Below are positions 1-13,315 of a stretch of 64,000 nt of DNA, in pieces. Under the pieces are notes generated by a model. That model searched no databases, was not told where the DNA came from, and worked only from the letters and a program-made list of their open reading frames with translations. Positions within the stretch are counted from its first letter, which is position 1, and every line of letters starts with the position of its first letter. Source of the stretch: Carcharhinus amblyrhynchos (lineage: Eukaryota). Made by a program: the position numbers and the translations under genes. The stretch is from contig OZ336892.1 of NCBI GenBank assembly GCA_965287045.1, forward strand, positions 24,738,001 to 24,802,000, written 5' to 3'.

Positions 1-1210
1 GAATTAAGAGCAGCAGATGCCAAGTGTAAGTTGTTTGTAATTTGCAGTCTCATTTGAGGTTTATGATCAGACATCTAGGGATTTGAAATTCATCTCTTTG
101 TTTTTCACCATCAAGAGAAGGTCTGTCTTTTAATCTTGAGATTTCTGTTATTCAATTGTTGATTACAGACATTTACCAGTGTCGCCTTAAAAGGAAAATG
201 CTACCACCCCCCCCAACCCCCACCCTTAATCCCTTGGAACCTTTATATAAACTGGGTTTGATGATATATATTCTCCAACAACTTCCAATTTTTACTTATT
301 CCTCCATCCCATTGCACAAATCCATGGTTCTGCCAGGAAAATTGTCTTAAAGTATGTGTAATCAATTGGTTAGCAAGTGAAGCAATGGGAAAAAAAGTAT
401 ATCATGTTATGACTCAAACAGAAACTTGTATACCATGTGTTGTGAACTAAACATGTCTCAACAAGCAAATGGACCAATTGTGCTTGCATTAACATTTTCC
501 ACATCCCATTTTGTAAACTAAATAATGTGACATTATCAAGGCAATGCAAGTAAAATTGTATCATCTGAGCTGTCTAAAAAGTTTGTTGCACAGTTTATGC
601 ACTATATTACACAATTATAACATTTGAGCATAATGCTGGGACAAGACTATAAACTCTTCCAACAGTAGACCAAATGTGCCTGGAATGGGAAAGTTCAGGA
701 AGGGAGTATGCTAACATGACTTAAAGGGCTAATTCTATTAAAAGGGATAAGGAAAATCTTGCAATAGGTCACATTATTGGCAGCTGGAAGAGTTTTTAAA
801 AAGTAGCTATAACATTTTTCTTAAGTGTTTTATGTTTTAATGATTAGAATTAAGACACAAGTAGGAGACCATCATTGCAATGGCTATAAAGAAGCCACCA
901 AATACAAGTCATGGCTCTGGTAATGAATGTAAGCCACAACAAAAGATTCCAATACAATGGCAGAAGTTCAATGATTTCACAATTGGCAAACCTAAGCGAG
1001 CTGAAAGTTGCATAGCTGTATAGAATACTAAAATATAGAGGCAAGTGTTTCCTACTTCAAGCAAAACCATTTCTCTCACATTACAGCTTGTTCCTTGCTG
1101 TATAAACAGTCAGTCCAAGCCTCTCCAAGGGTAATAGAGATTGTAGATGTAAACTATCTGAATGAACTGATGTAACAATTTTTCACATACACATAAAATA
1201 AAGCCAAAAA

Positions 1211-1352
1211 TAACAATTTACTTTTATGTAGTATCTTTGACATAATGAAGTGGTGCTTTACAAAAGCATTATATAACAAGGTGTGACCCCCAAGCCACGT
1301 AAAAAGGATTAGACCAGATGATCAAAAGCTTTATCAAAGAGATAGACTTCAG
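1211..1352 (-). mobile_element. L2-type LINE 3' end, old fragment
   Basis: AACAATTTACTTTTATGTAG...GATCAAAAGCTTTATCAAAGAGATAG resembles the reverse complement of a vertebrate L2 3' terminus (by eye). A similar piece lies at ~41830-42030. Confidence 0.45.
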
Positions 1353-2509
1353 AAATATAGAACTGGAGATGGTTACAGCCACAGAAGGAGGACATTTGGC
1401 CTATTGTTCCTTTGCCGTTTCTGAGGAGAAATTCACCAAGTGCTGCACCTGCCTTCTCCCTGTATCCCTGAAAATATTACCTTTTCAGATATTATTCAAT
1501 TTTTTTTCTTAGTACAGTGGTGGTCGGCTCCATCAAGGCTACCAGGCAATGTATTCTAGATCAGTATTGTTTAAATTTTTTCCCGGCAACCTACTTTTAC
1601 CAAAGGACCATCACTCACAAATCACATCATGTGCGATGTATAATGAAATACGATCTTTCCACTTTGTACTAACATTTTACAGTAATATTAAATGTCAGAT
1701 GGTCTGTTTCGGATCCATTTTCCAATTTAGTCATCCATATTCTGGCACATAGAAATTGGTGTCAGAATTCCACAAACTTCTCTCGTCAATATGTACATTC
1801 AAAATAAATGTCCAAAATCAGACAATACACTCATTTACTTTGCAATGACCATCCACTGAAATTTGACTACTGTTTATTTGTCACAGATTTCTCATTTAAG
1901 GTGAACCTTTGTAATGTGGAGCTCACCAAATCAACATGCTGATTTTAGGTGGAAACTTAACAGAACAGGCATTAGAATTATCCATTACCATCTCATCAGT
2001 AAATCTCCCTGGTCCATGGGATATGCCACATTAATAATTACATTTTGCCACATTCATTGAAGTCTGTAGTTAATTTGTCAATTACCCTCTCTCACATTCA
2101 GCCGTAATTTTTTATAAAATAAAATATCTCAATGGTTTTCTTGTTTTTCAAACGTGATTTCATTCTGAAATTGATTTAATAGCAAAATATTTTTATGCAC
2201 ACAGGGGAAAAATAAAGAGTTGGACTGAGAGATAATGACTACACTTGTCATAGCGGGAAATTTGAAACTCAGGCCGAGTTTACTGACCAGGCAAGCTGCA
2301 GTGCTGCTGTGACAGTTACAATCTAAATGGGATTTACTGTACATTTAAAAATGCACCTCTCTCCAAATTTTTAACTTTTCCCTTCATAAAATGCAGGCGA
2401 CTTGAATTGTATCAGGCAATATTAAGCTTTTCCTTCACATCACAAGTCCTTATACTGGGCAAGTCATTGTTTGAGAGGTCCTCATTGTCATACTGCCTTC
2501 TACAAAATG

Positions 2510-2869
2510 TTCTTTTTATTCATTTGTGGGACATGGGTGCTGCTGGCTGGCCAGCATTTATTGCCCATCCCTAGTTGCCCGAGGGCAATTGAGAATCAAC
2601 CACATTGTTGTGGCTCTGGAATTACATGCAGGCCAGACCAGGTAAGGGCAGCAGATTTTCTTCCCTAAAGGACATGAGCGAACCAGGGTTTTTCGGACAA
2701 TCGACAATGGTTGCAAGGTCATCAGTTGATTCTTAATTTCAGATTTTTTAAATTATTGAATTCAAATTCCACTAACTGATTTGGCAGGTCTCGAACGCAG
2801 GTCCCCAGCGTATTAGCTGAGTTCCTGGATTAATAGTCTAGCAATTAAACCACTAGGCTTTTGCCTCCC
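2510..2869 (-). mobile_element. tRNA-derived SINE (non-V family), near full length
   Basis: Minus strand has a B-box-like GTTCGAG (2790-2796) and an A-rich tail after GGGATGGGCAATAAATGCTGGCC. Homologous copies at 24276-24608, 57182-57338 and 57648-57910. Confidence 0.75.
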
Positions 2870-2875
2870 GTGGTA

Positions 2876-3072
2876 CTATAAACAGAATATCCAATTTTTT
2901 TTTTGCACAGGGTCATGGAACAGCCTGTGTTTTGTTTTAAACAGGATTACAGAGCATCCTACATTTTTGTTGAACAGGACCATAGGAAATCCCACATCTT
3001 TTTAAATTGGGTCACGCAACATCTTGCATTTTTTGAAAACAGAATCACAGAACAGTTTTGGACAGGATCAGT
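2876..3072 (+). repeat. Degenerate minisatellite, ~6 units of ~30-38 bp
   Basis: Recurrent AACAGG(A/G)TCACAG..CATCC.ACATTTTT motif. Confidence 0.55.
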
Positions 3073-3320
3073 TTATAGGGCAGCCAGAATTTACTTGCTG
3101 ACCCATATTCAACATCCTGCAACCCACCTCTGGGTCATGTCCCCCACTTTGACAAAGTTTGTTGTAGGTCCTAACCACGTACTGTGTAAAAAAAACTTTT
3201 ACTCCTCGCCATTATTTCTTTTGCTAATTAACTTCAATCTGTGCCTCCTGGTTCTCGATATTTCCACCAATGAGAATGTTTTCTCTCTACTTCCCCTGTC
3301 CAGGCTCCCACAATTTTGAA

Positions 3321-4955
3321 TATAGAACCATAGAAAATTACAGCTCAGAAACAGGCCTTTTGGCCCTTCTTGTCTGTGCCAAACCATTTTTTGCCTAGTC
3401 CCATTGACCTGCACTTGGAACATATCCCTCCACACCCCTGTCATCCATGAACCTGTCCAAGATTTTCTTAAATGTTAAAAATGACCCCGCATTTATCACT
3501 TTATCTGGCAGCTCATTCCACACTCCCACCACTCTCTGCGTAAAGAATCCCCCCTCTAATATTCCCTTTAAACTTTTCTCCTTTCACCCTCAACCCATGT
3601 CCTCTGGGTTTTTTCTCCTCTAGCCTCAGTGGAAAAAGCCTGCTCGCATTCACTCTGTCTATATCCATCAAAATCTTATACACCTCTATCAAATCTCCCC
3701 TCATTCTTCCACACTCCAGGGAATGAAGTCCTAACCTATTCAATCTCTCGCTGTAACTCAGCTTCTCAAGTCCCGGCAACATCCTTGTGAACCTTCTCTG
3801 CACTCTTTCAACCTTATTTACATCCTTCCTGTAACTAGGTGACCAAAACTGTACACAATACTCTAAATTCGGCCTCACCAATGCCTTATAAAACCTTACC
3901 ATAACACTCCAACTTTTATACTCGATACTCCGATTTATAAAGGCCAATGTACCAAAAGCACTCTTTATGACCCTATCCACCTGTGATGCCACTTTTAGGG
4001 AATTCTGTACCTGTATTCCCAGATCCTTCTGTTCAACTGCATTCTTCAGAGTCCTACCATTTACTCTGTACGTTCTACTTTGGTTTGTCCTTCCAAAGTG
4101 CAGTACCTCACACTTGTTTGTGTTAAATTCCATTTGCCATTTTTCAGCCCATTTTTCTAGTTGGTCCAAATCCCTTTGCAAGCTTTGAAAATATTCCTCA
4201 CTGTCCACTACACCTCCAATCTTTGTATCATCAGCAATTTGCTGATCCAATTTACCACATTATCATCCAGATCACTGAGATAGATAACAAATAACAATGG
4301 ACCCAACACCGATCCCTGTGGCACTCCATTCGTCACAGGCCTCCACTCAGAGAAGCAATCCTCCACAACCAGTTTCTGGCTTCTTCCATTGAGCCAGTGT
4401 CTAATCCAATTTACTACCTCCCCCTGTATACCTAGCGACTGAACCTTCCTAACTAACCTCCTATGAGGGACCTTATCAAAGGTCTTGCTGAAATCCAGAT
4501 AGACAACATCCAATGCCTTCCCTTCATCCACTTTCCTGGTAACCTCCTTGAAAAACTCTAATAGACTGGTCAAACATGACCTATCACACACAAAGCCATG
4601 TTGACTCTCCCTAATAAGTCCCTGTCTATCCAAATATTTGTAGATCCTGTCCCTTATCACACCTTCCAATAACTTGCCCACCACCGACATCAAATTTACT
4701 GGCCTACAATTTCCTGGATTTCTTTTGGAACCTTTTTTGAACAATGGAACAACATGAGCCACCCTCCAATCATCCAGCACCTCCCCCGTGAATACTGACA
4801 TTTTATATATGTCTGCCTGGGCCCCTGCAAGTTCAACACTTGCCTCCCTCAAGATCTGTGGGAATACCATGTCCGGTCCTAGAGATTTATCCACTCTGAT
4901 TTGCCTCAAGACAGCCAGCACCTCCTCCCCTGTGATCTGTAAAGGTTCCATGACC
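3321..4955 (-). mobile_element. CR1/HER1-type LINE, 5'-truncated, frameshifted ORF2 (RT)
   Basis: ORFs 4208-4951 and 3513-4250 carry QHGF, YLDFSKTFDKVPH, GVPQGSVLGPLLF, ADD and RPNLEYCVQFW. CATAGAA tail repeats at 3321-3335. Confidence 0.95.
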
Positions 4956-5787
4956 TTTGTAGAATTTTATAGAATTATAGAATTTTTCTTTATAGAATTT
5001 TCTCTCAACCTTCGAGGAGAATTTCCCCTATCTGTCTACATATTTGAAATTCCTCATCCCTGAAAATATTCTTGTGAATCCTTTCAGCACCCTCTCTAAT
5101 GTCTTCACATCCTTTGTAAAGTACATTGCACAGAATTGCATGCAGTTCTCCACTTGAAGATAAATTAATGTTTCATACAGGTTAACCTAACTTCCTTGCT
5201 TCTGTACTCTGTGCCCCTATTAATTAAGCCCAGGATGCCATAAACTTGATTATCTACCACCTTAAATGATTTCAGAACATATACACTTTGCCCCACACCC
5301 CCATTAGAATTGTATCCTTTATTTTATATTGTCTCCCCATGTTCTTTCTGCCAAAGTGAATCATTTGCCACCTGTCTGCCCATTCCACCAACCAGCTCAT
5401 GTTCTTTTGAATTTCTATACTGTCCTCCTCATGGTTCACAATATTTCCTATTTTGTATCATCTACAAGTTTTGAAATTCTACTCTATACTCCATGATCTA
5501 GGTCACCAGTATATATTAGGATGTGCAGAGGCCCTAGCACCAGCCCCTGGGGAACACCACCATAAACCTTCTTCCAGTCCAAAAAAAGGTTCACCACTAC
5601 TCTGTTTTCTGTCACTCAGCCCATTTCTTATCCATTCCATAAAAAATGCTACTTTTATTTTTATTCCATGAGCTCTAACTTTGTTCTCAAGCCAGTTGTG
5701 CATCTCTTTATCAAATATCTCTTAGAAGATATGTACGCTACACAAACAACATCATCCCTCATTAAAAAAAAACTCAAACAAATCAAT

Positions 5788-5913
5788 GGCCAGACTTTAC
5801 CAGCCTGACCACCACTGGAATCATAGCGGGTGAGGGGCAGAGTATGGGAAGGTCTGGTGACCTCAGGTGGGACTTTACAGTTTTGGGACAAGTGAGGTCG
5901 TAAAAGTCTGCCC
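5788..5913. mobile_element. MITE (~126 bp), Harbinger-like
   Basis: TIRs GGCCAGACTTTAC / GTAAAAGTCTGCCC. Homologous to 21703-21829. Confidence 0.7.
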
Positions 5914-6054
5914 TCAAAAACAGTGCTGGCTGTTCTTAATTAACCAGAATTTGCCTAAGTAACCTTTAATTTAATCCCAAATGGTCATTTCTAAAAAGAT
6001 TCTCTACCACCAGAGTTAAACTAACTGGCCTGTATTTGTTGGTCTTACCTTTGA

Positions 6055-6338
6055 CAGTATGGTGGCACGATGGTTTGCACTACTGCTGCACCGCACCAGG
6101 GGCTCGGGTTTGATTCCCGACTTGGGTCACTGTCTATGCAGAGCCTGTATGTTCTCCCTGTGTCTGCATGGGTTTCCTCCAGGTGTTCCAGTTTCCTCCC
6201 ACAGTCCACAAGACGTACTGGTTAGGTGCATTGGCCATGCTAAATTCTCCCTCAGTGTACCCGAACAGGCACCGAAATATGGGATTTTCACAGTAACTCC
6301 ATTTCAGTGTTATATAAGCCTACTTGTGATTAACAAAC
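6055..6338 (+). mobile_element. V-SINE (HE1-like body) with alternative 3' tail
   Basis: tRNA-like A/B boxes and V-domain (TGTTCTCCCTGTGTCTGCATGGGTTTCCTCC...CCCACAGTCC). Tail is CACAGTAAC...GCCTACTTGTGA. Confidence 0.85.
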
Positions 6339-6944
6339 TTGAACTTTACACCTTTTTTTGATCAAAGGTGTAACATTTTTAATTCTCCTATCCTCTGGCA
6401 CTATGTCTATGGAAGTTTGGAAAACTATGGCCGGTGTCTCTACGATTTCCAATCCCACTTCCCTTTCATATTTTTGGATGAATCTCATCTAACTTTAAGT
6501 CCAGACAGCCTATCCAACACTTCCTCCTTATCAATTTTAAATCCTTCAAGTATCTGAACTACCTTCTCTTTCACAATGACCTGAGTAGAATTTTCTCTTT
6601 GGTAAGGACAGATGCAAAGTATTCACTTAGGACTTCAGTTCTAATCCGTAATCCACTCACTCCTCATTTTACCACCCTTTTACTATTTATATACCTATCA
6701 AAGAATTTTAGACTTCTTTCATGTTAGCTGTCAGTCTATTCTCATTTGTTTCTCTTATTTGTTTTTCAGTTGCCTTTATATAATCAGCCTGATTCTCAAT
6801 TCCACAATCCTCCTGACATTAAAAGCACACTTTTTCTGCTTCATCTTAATCTTTTGTTATCCAAAAAGATCTGGATTTGTTTGCACCTTCCCCTCCATGG
6901 GAATATATCTTGACTGTACTTTAACTTCTTTAAAGACAGCCCAT

Positions 6945-7630
6945 TGTTCTAAACCAGAACCCAAAATACATAAGGAAGTCAGATTAGACCCCAACATTTC
7001 TTTTTCTTTTTGGCATAAATGTTTCCAAAGTGATTCCAGTGACAAATAACACAATTTAAATTAAACTCTAACAAATGAATCAACTTAATCATTAACCATT
7101 GAACAGAATTTAAAACTGAAAGGAAGCAACATTACTTTTTAGTTTATGACTATCCCAGTTCCAAATAAGCCCATTTATGCATAATCAAATCCACTTTTAA
7201 AGAAATACAACTAGCAAACCCAGGCCTACCTGCTTTCAGAGTGAGATAGACTTCTGGAACCCTGCAAAATCCTTCTAACTTTAACCAGGCTTCAGCTGCA
7301 ACTAACTGCTTTCTGCAAAACTTATTATGCTCTTCGTAGCCCCAGCCCTGTACCAAAACCTCATCAGCACATGATGTGAGTTCCTTCCTTCTAAGTCTAT
7401 GCTTTGGATATATCTGCTACCAGGAGAATAGACATTTCTTCTGTTTGCTCTGTAATTTGCTGGATGTGGAAAGATTTAGAATGTTTGGGGCATAAACCCA
7501 AACACTTCTTTCCCCCATATAAATGCCAACTCTGCTCCCCCCCTCAATTGTAGTATTTTGAGGTCATGTAACTAAAGATATTTTTTAAAAATCCTAGATC
7601 TTACACTAGCACCTTTATGCCATCATGAAA
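6945..7630 (-). mobile_element. Possible solo LTR-like repeat
   Basis: TG start, near-CA end (CATCATGAAA) and composition like remembered shark LTRs. No TSD confirmed. Similar weak candidates at ~8720-9705 and ~15900-16780. Confidence 0.25.
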
Positions 7631-8277
7631 AATAACTTGTGGTTTGGATTTTCCACTTGCTTCAGATTCTTGAATGATTCAAGGCCAGGTCCCCAAGGTT
7701 TTACTGGGATCAGTTAGGGGCCAATGACATTTTGTTTAAAGTAGACAAAATTTGAGATTCAAAACATTTGCTAAATGAATAAAGACATAAGATTCCATGG
7801 ATTTTGAATAAAGATAAACTTCAGTATACAAGGCCAGAAAGATGATAAAAAAATTGCAATATTTATCTTATCCCCTAACATTCAGGGTTAATAAGAGTTA
7901 TATTAACAAGTAAACTGTGGTCAAACACAGCATACTACACCAAATAGAAAATGCAACCAAGACAAAGTCCGCAGATTTCTCAACAACCCACCATGAAAGA
8001 ATAAAACAAAAATGAAAGGGCTGTCAAGTGATTTTGCACAGCCTTGAGACACTGTCAATGTTTCAGAAGTTAATGCTGAGTCAACAATACATTTCTTAAC
8101 TTGTGAACAATGTGTAACAACATAATTTTTTTAAATAATAGATGAATTCTTTGAGAAAGAAATAAGGCTCAATAGGTTAGCCTAGTTATTGAAATTTGAG
8201 AACTATTCTTTCATTAAAACACTGCCTTTGGTTTGGAGCCTGTTTTAATAATAATCCCCGCTGTGGGCAAGATTAAA

Positions 8278-8455
8278 CATAAACATAGAAAACAGAAGCA
8301 GGAGTAGGCCATTTAGCCCTTCAAGCCCGCTCTGTTATTCATTTTGATCATGGTTGATCATCAAATTCAATATCCTGGTTTCCCTGCCTTTCCCCCATGT
8401 CCCTTGATCCCTTTAGCCCCAAGAGCTTTATCTAATTTCTTCTTGAAATCACACA
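8278..8455 (-). mobile_element. CR1 3' UTR fragment
   Basis: CATAGAAAACAGAAGCAGGAGTAGGCCATT matches the 3' ends of other CR1 copies in this window. Confidence 0.85.
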
Positions 8456-10098
8456 AAAGGTTTTTATGAGGCTACTGCAGTGCTAATCCAGCAGATCTGT
8501 TTCTATGGTGAACATTTATATCATCATTTATCAGAGTTACAAAAGTAAATGTTGAATTTTTTTAAAGAATCTGGTTAAAATTGTAATTGTAATTTAAACC
8601 AGGAGCTAAAGAAACACTTCCTACAGCGATCTCTCTTATTTGACAGAATGGACATCTTCCTTCCCTAAAATTAATGATAATTACAGGTTGAGATTATTCT
8701 CTCAATGATGAATAATGCATGTTATGATCCCCTTCTGGAAACAGAAAACCAAAATAATCAAATTTACCAAATGGCATCCAAAGAAGAAATCGCCAACATG
8801 ATTTCACTTTTAGCAACCTGAATTTTTATTGATTCAAATTTGTATTAAACATGAATTAGCAGACAAATGATACTTCAAATAAAAAATGTAAATACTACTT
8901 TTCATAATCAATACAACAAAGATACGTCTTATACAACCAAAGTATTTGCATCACACTCCGCACAAATGTTTACTTTGCAGTGATACAATTCCACAATACG
9001 CTGCTTTTTTTTCATACACAGTAGGTCAGGAGTCCAATCCAACAACATCTTTCAACATTCAGTTTCATGAGTATTATTATCAACAGCAAGGTGCTCTTCT
9101 CTGAATCCTGTCTCCCTCAGGTCATGACAGTCCGGATGGTGTAGCTTTCCAGAGTTCCTTTCATAAACCAAACAATAATACCCTGATTCATTTTGGCCAC
9201 TTCTGGGAAAACACTCAGCTCTTTAGCATCTCTAAGCTATTTATGCAGCTTTTCATGTTTTAGACCTATTTAGCCAGTTCACATCATACCTCCAAGAGCT
9301 GCTGTCTCCTTTTCTGTTGAACAGTAAAACTGACAGCTACCTGACAGTGATTTGCTTCATCTCCTCACAAGAATTTTCTATGCTCCTCTCTCTGTCTCTG
9401 GTTTTAATTTGGGTTTGCATTTGTGCAGAGATCACCTTAACTCTCAACTCCTCGACTTATAACTCTCCTTATGTTTGCCAGCCACATGGCTCTTTAACTT
9501 CTTTTCGTTTGGTACAACTTCCAGGTGAAGGGTCACTAGGCCATATGGACCAGTATTTCTTATTATGTAAGAAAATTACAATTGATCCTTCTACAATTGA
9601 TGTAACTGATTAACAATCTTTAAAACCCTCTTTCAAACATTCATTAAAACCAATAACAGATTCCACAAATCTTTTAAAGAAATTACAGATTCTCCTTTGG
9701 TAATACTTCTGGGTCAAAGGTTGCCACATTTCCCTTGAGAAAAAGAAAACTTTACTGTAGTATTTCTTTAACGACTCTATTTGAAATGTAGTAAGGCCTG
9801 AACATCATACGTACTTTTAACAACTAGTGTATTCCATGTTACACAGGTAACAACAATGATTTACAAAACAGGTTTCATTACAAATTGTGTAATTTTACAA
9901 TCTTATAAAACCTAATATTTTCACTTGACTTTAAAATATTGTTCCCATCCCTTGTTCTTTAGGCAGTTGGCAGGGATCCACAGCCACATTGTTTTGATCA
10001 GCAATGTGCAGCCACTTGCACTAAAAATTGTGCAGGATCAAACTCCATTGAAACAGCTTTTGGCCCTTGGTTTTGAACATTTTTATAGGAATAAGCGG

Positions 10099-10386
10099 TA
10101 ATGTGGCCCCTTTAAGAGGCGATCCTTTGCAGACCACAGGATCGAGCTGGTCCCTATGGAATGGAAACATGGGAGGCCAGGTGTGAAGATGCGCATCCTG
10201 GTGACTGGGAGTTCAGTTGGAGCTAGGGAGGAGGAGAGAGCAGATTTGTGAAATGTTTCTAAAGACCCTACGGTGTAAATAGTTATCACAGTTTAATAAA
10301 CTCTTTTATTGTTCAAGCCACATTCGAGTCACCTCCAGTTATTAGAGTACCAGTGGTTGGTAGTCCATATAGACTAGTACCATGAC
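10099..10386 (+). mobile_element. Possible solo LTR
   Basis: CCCCTTTAAG near the start, purine-rich middle and AATAAA at ~10295. Termini are degenerate. Confidence 0.3.
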
Positions 10387-10425
10387 TTTCCGCTCCTCGT
10401 GCTGCTTTCTGAAAATCTATATTGG

Positions 10426-10605
10426 ACTATGTACAGTCAGCACATTGCATTGGCATCTGTGAAAGATCCAAAGGTTTTCCAATTTGCTTAGTCTGGTTAA
10501 CTTTGTCGAGAATTAACTTTGTACAGTCAGCACATTGGATTAGCAACCATGAGAGATCACAAGGTTTTTCAGTTTGTTTATTCTGGCTAACTTTGTCAAG
10601 AATGA
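10426..10605. repeat. Tandem duplication, 2 x 90 bp
   Basis: 10426-10515 and 10516-10605 align without gaps (ACT.TGTACAGTCAGCACATTG...TAACTTTGTC.AGAAT.A). Confidence 0.9.
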
Positions 10606-10616
10606 CATTGTTGATT

Positions 10617-11030
10617 GCAAGCAGGTGATGGTGTTCCCATGCACCTGCTGCCCTTCTCCTAGTAGGTGATAGAGGTTGCAGCTTTGGAAGGTGTCGAAGA
10701 AGTCTTGATGAGTTGCTGCATTGCATTTTATAGATGGCATAGACTGCTGCTTCTGTGTACCAGCGGTAGAGGGAGCAAATGTTTAAGATGGTGGATGGGG
10801 CACTGATCAAGTTGGCTGCTTTATACTGGATGGTGTTGAGCTTCTCGAGTGATTTTGGAGCTGTACTCATCCAGGCAAGTGTTCAGTCACATTTCTGATT
10901 TGAGCCTTTAAGATGGTGCATAGGCTTTGGGAGTCAGGAGGTGACCTATGTGCTGCAGAATTCCCAGCTCCTGATCTGTTCACAGTGTTTATATGGCTGG
11001 TTTGGTTTAATCTCTGGCCAATGGGATACA
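10617..11030 (-). mobile_element. Second LINE family (CR1/L2 superclade), ORF2 C-terminal part
   Basis: Translates to PIGQRLNQTSHINTV..LGILQHIGHLLTP..KAQIRNVTEH..LEKLNTIQYKAANLI. Confidence 0.75.
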
Positions 11031-11902
11031 TGTGAGGGATCAAGACCTCCCGCTGTGTATATTTTATAAAATATCTGTGGATGTGCTCATTGGAATTTCA
11101 AATATTGTTAAAACTGAACAAAGACCTTTAAAATGGTTGAACCTAAATCTGCCCATGATCCACCAAACCTCCAATAAAGAAGTTACCTGACTCTTTTGGG
11201 AAAACTTGCACCTTTGCTATCTCTGAGTAGCCACAAAGTCCACTGCACAGTCCAAATTCAAAAAGAGTTACAGAAAGGGCGTCTAGATTTAATAATCTGG
11301 GCTGTCCAGAAGGGTTGTCTGTCTAGGCAGAGGCCTCCCAACCTTCCTTTTAATTCCCAATGGCAGAGATGTTTAATGATCTTTGGAATCCAGATGGTGG
11401 ATGCACATCCTTTGTCAAAGATAATGCAAAGATGGGAAATCACATAACTTGGGCCTCTGGCTTGTAGAACTGGTAATATTGCCTTTCTGAACTCCATAGT
11501 TCAGCCTGTTATTCATCATCTTATTGGCAGGCTCACAGATAAGGAGCTCTTCCCCAGGTGAAATACCTGGCTCCCATTTACACTGCTTCTGCTGGAAGTT
11601 CTGTATCATTACCTACAAGACTGATTCATCTCTGCATGCCTATCCCATTGTGCGAAGTCAACAGCAACAGAAAAGTAAATTATCCAGCATTGAATTTCAA
11701 GTCACCAACCTCTGTGAAGGAATACTTAAGAGGACTGTGATTCTGGACCCATATGAAACAATATTTATTTCCCCTGTATTATCTGTAAATGTTTCCTTTC
11801 TCTATCTCACTGTTTACTATCTGAATGTGACTGGGAGGTTACAAACCCTCTTTTCACATTCTGGATGTATGCAAATATAATGCATTGAATTCATCCTCTT
11901 TT

Positions 11903-12775
11903 AAATTTGCTGTGAAGTTAGTATTAGAAAATTAGAGAGAGAGCTGTGAGGAGGATGCAAAGATGCTTCAGTGTGATTTGGACAAGTTGAATGAGTGAAC
12001 AAATGCAGTAAAATGGGAATAAATATGAAGTTATCCATTTGGGTAGCAAAAACAGGATGGCAAATTATTATCCGAACGGCTATAGATTGTGAGAGGAGAA
12101 TGTGCAGCAGGATTTCGGTATCCTTGTACACCAGTCGCTGAAAATAAGCATGTGGAAACAACAGGCAGTGAAGAACGCAAATGGTATTTTGGTCTTCATA
12201 CTGAGAGGACATGAGTACAGGAACAGGGATGTCTTTTGGAGTTATACAGGGCCTTGGTGAGACCACAACTGGAATACTCTGTGCAGTTTTGGTCTCCTCA
12301 TCTGAGAAAAGATATTCTTGCTGTAGAGGCAGTGCAGCAAAAATTTAACAGACTGATTCCTGGGATGGCAGGACTGCCATATGGGGAGACATTGAGTCAA
12401 TTAGGACTATATTCGCTGGAGTTTAGGAGAATGAGAGGGGATCTCATAGAAACTTAAAAAATTCTAACAGGATTAGAAACGGTAGATATAGGAAGGGTGT
12501 TTCTAATGGCGGGGAGCCCAGAACCAGGGCTCACAGTCTAAGGATAAGGGTAAATCATTTAGGACTGAGGTGATGAGAAATTTCTTCACCCAGAGAGTGG
12601 TGAGTCTGAATTCACTACTACAGAGAGCAGTTGAGGCCAAGAAGCAATTAGGGCTAAAGGAATCAAAGGATATGGGGAGAAAGTGGGAACAGATTACTGA
12701 GTTGGATGATCAGCCATGATCCAAATGAATGGTTCGATTAGGCCGGATGGCCTGCTCCTGCTCCTATTTTCTATA
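11903..12775 (+). mobile_element. CR1 LINE, 3' part
   Basis: ORF 12236-12457 LYRALVRPQLEYSVQFWSPHLRKD. 3' end TGGCCTGCTCCTGCTCCTATTTTCTAT. Confidence 0.92.
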
Positions 12776-12859
12776 TTCATTGACAGTTGTGATACTGGAG
12801 ACCACAGGAAGCAGCTGACTAGATCACCAACTCAGCATATCTGACTGACGAAGTTTGCA

Positions 12860-13006
12860 CATGCCTCGGCTTTATCTTTTGCAATGATGCTCTGTGCTCC
12901 TCCATGATTGAGGATGGGGACGTTGGTGGAGTTTTCTCCCCTGGTGAGTTGTTCAGTTATTCATCACAATTCATGACTGGATATGGCAGGACTACAGAGC
13001 TTTGAT
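12860..13006 (-). mobile_element. Second LINE family, internal fragment
   Basis: Homologous to 25210-25510. Confidence 0.55.
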
Positions 13007-13315
13007 ATAAACCCTCTTTTTGTAACAAAACAGATTGTAAGATTGTTGAATGTTGGGGCAGTGTCTTTCATTTAGAATAAAAATGATTGGTGTCATGTGA
13101 CTTCTTCTGAAATCTGCCTAACAACTTGCATGGTGATGTGGCTGTTAGAAATTTAAACGAGGCCCAGGCTGTTTTAAGGGAAAAAAAGGGTGTAGGATGG
13201 TCACACTTGGAAGTCAAGAGCAGCAGCCTTTGTGTTTGTAGTTAAACAGTTAATCCTCAAAGCCCCAGGAAGGTGTTGATAATATCAGGTTGTAAGCAGT
13301 TGTTTTATTCATTCG

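Larger units (their letters stand above)
3100..6860 (-). mobile_element. Old CR1 LINE, interrupted by a younger CR1, a MITE and a SINE
   Basis: Degenerate RT segments (ORF 5503-5703 NKVRAHGIK..WIRNGLSDRKQ) continue colinearly on both sides of each insert. Confidence 0.7.

Noticed and set aside
108-185. Minus-strand acceptor followed by ATLVNVCNQQLNNRNLKIKRQTFS, possibly the end of a SEA module
   Set aside because: An in-frame TGA precedes the nearest downstream donor. It would need a frameshift or a terminal exon, so it is unsupported without transcripts.
203-225. C-run tract (minus-strand G-quadruplex potential)
   Set aside because: Common low-complexity motif with no supporting context.
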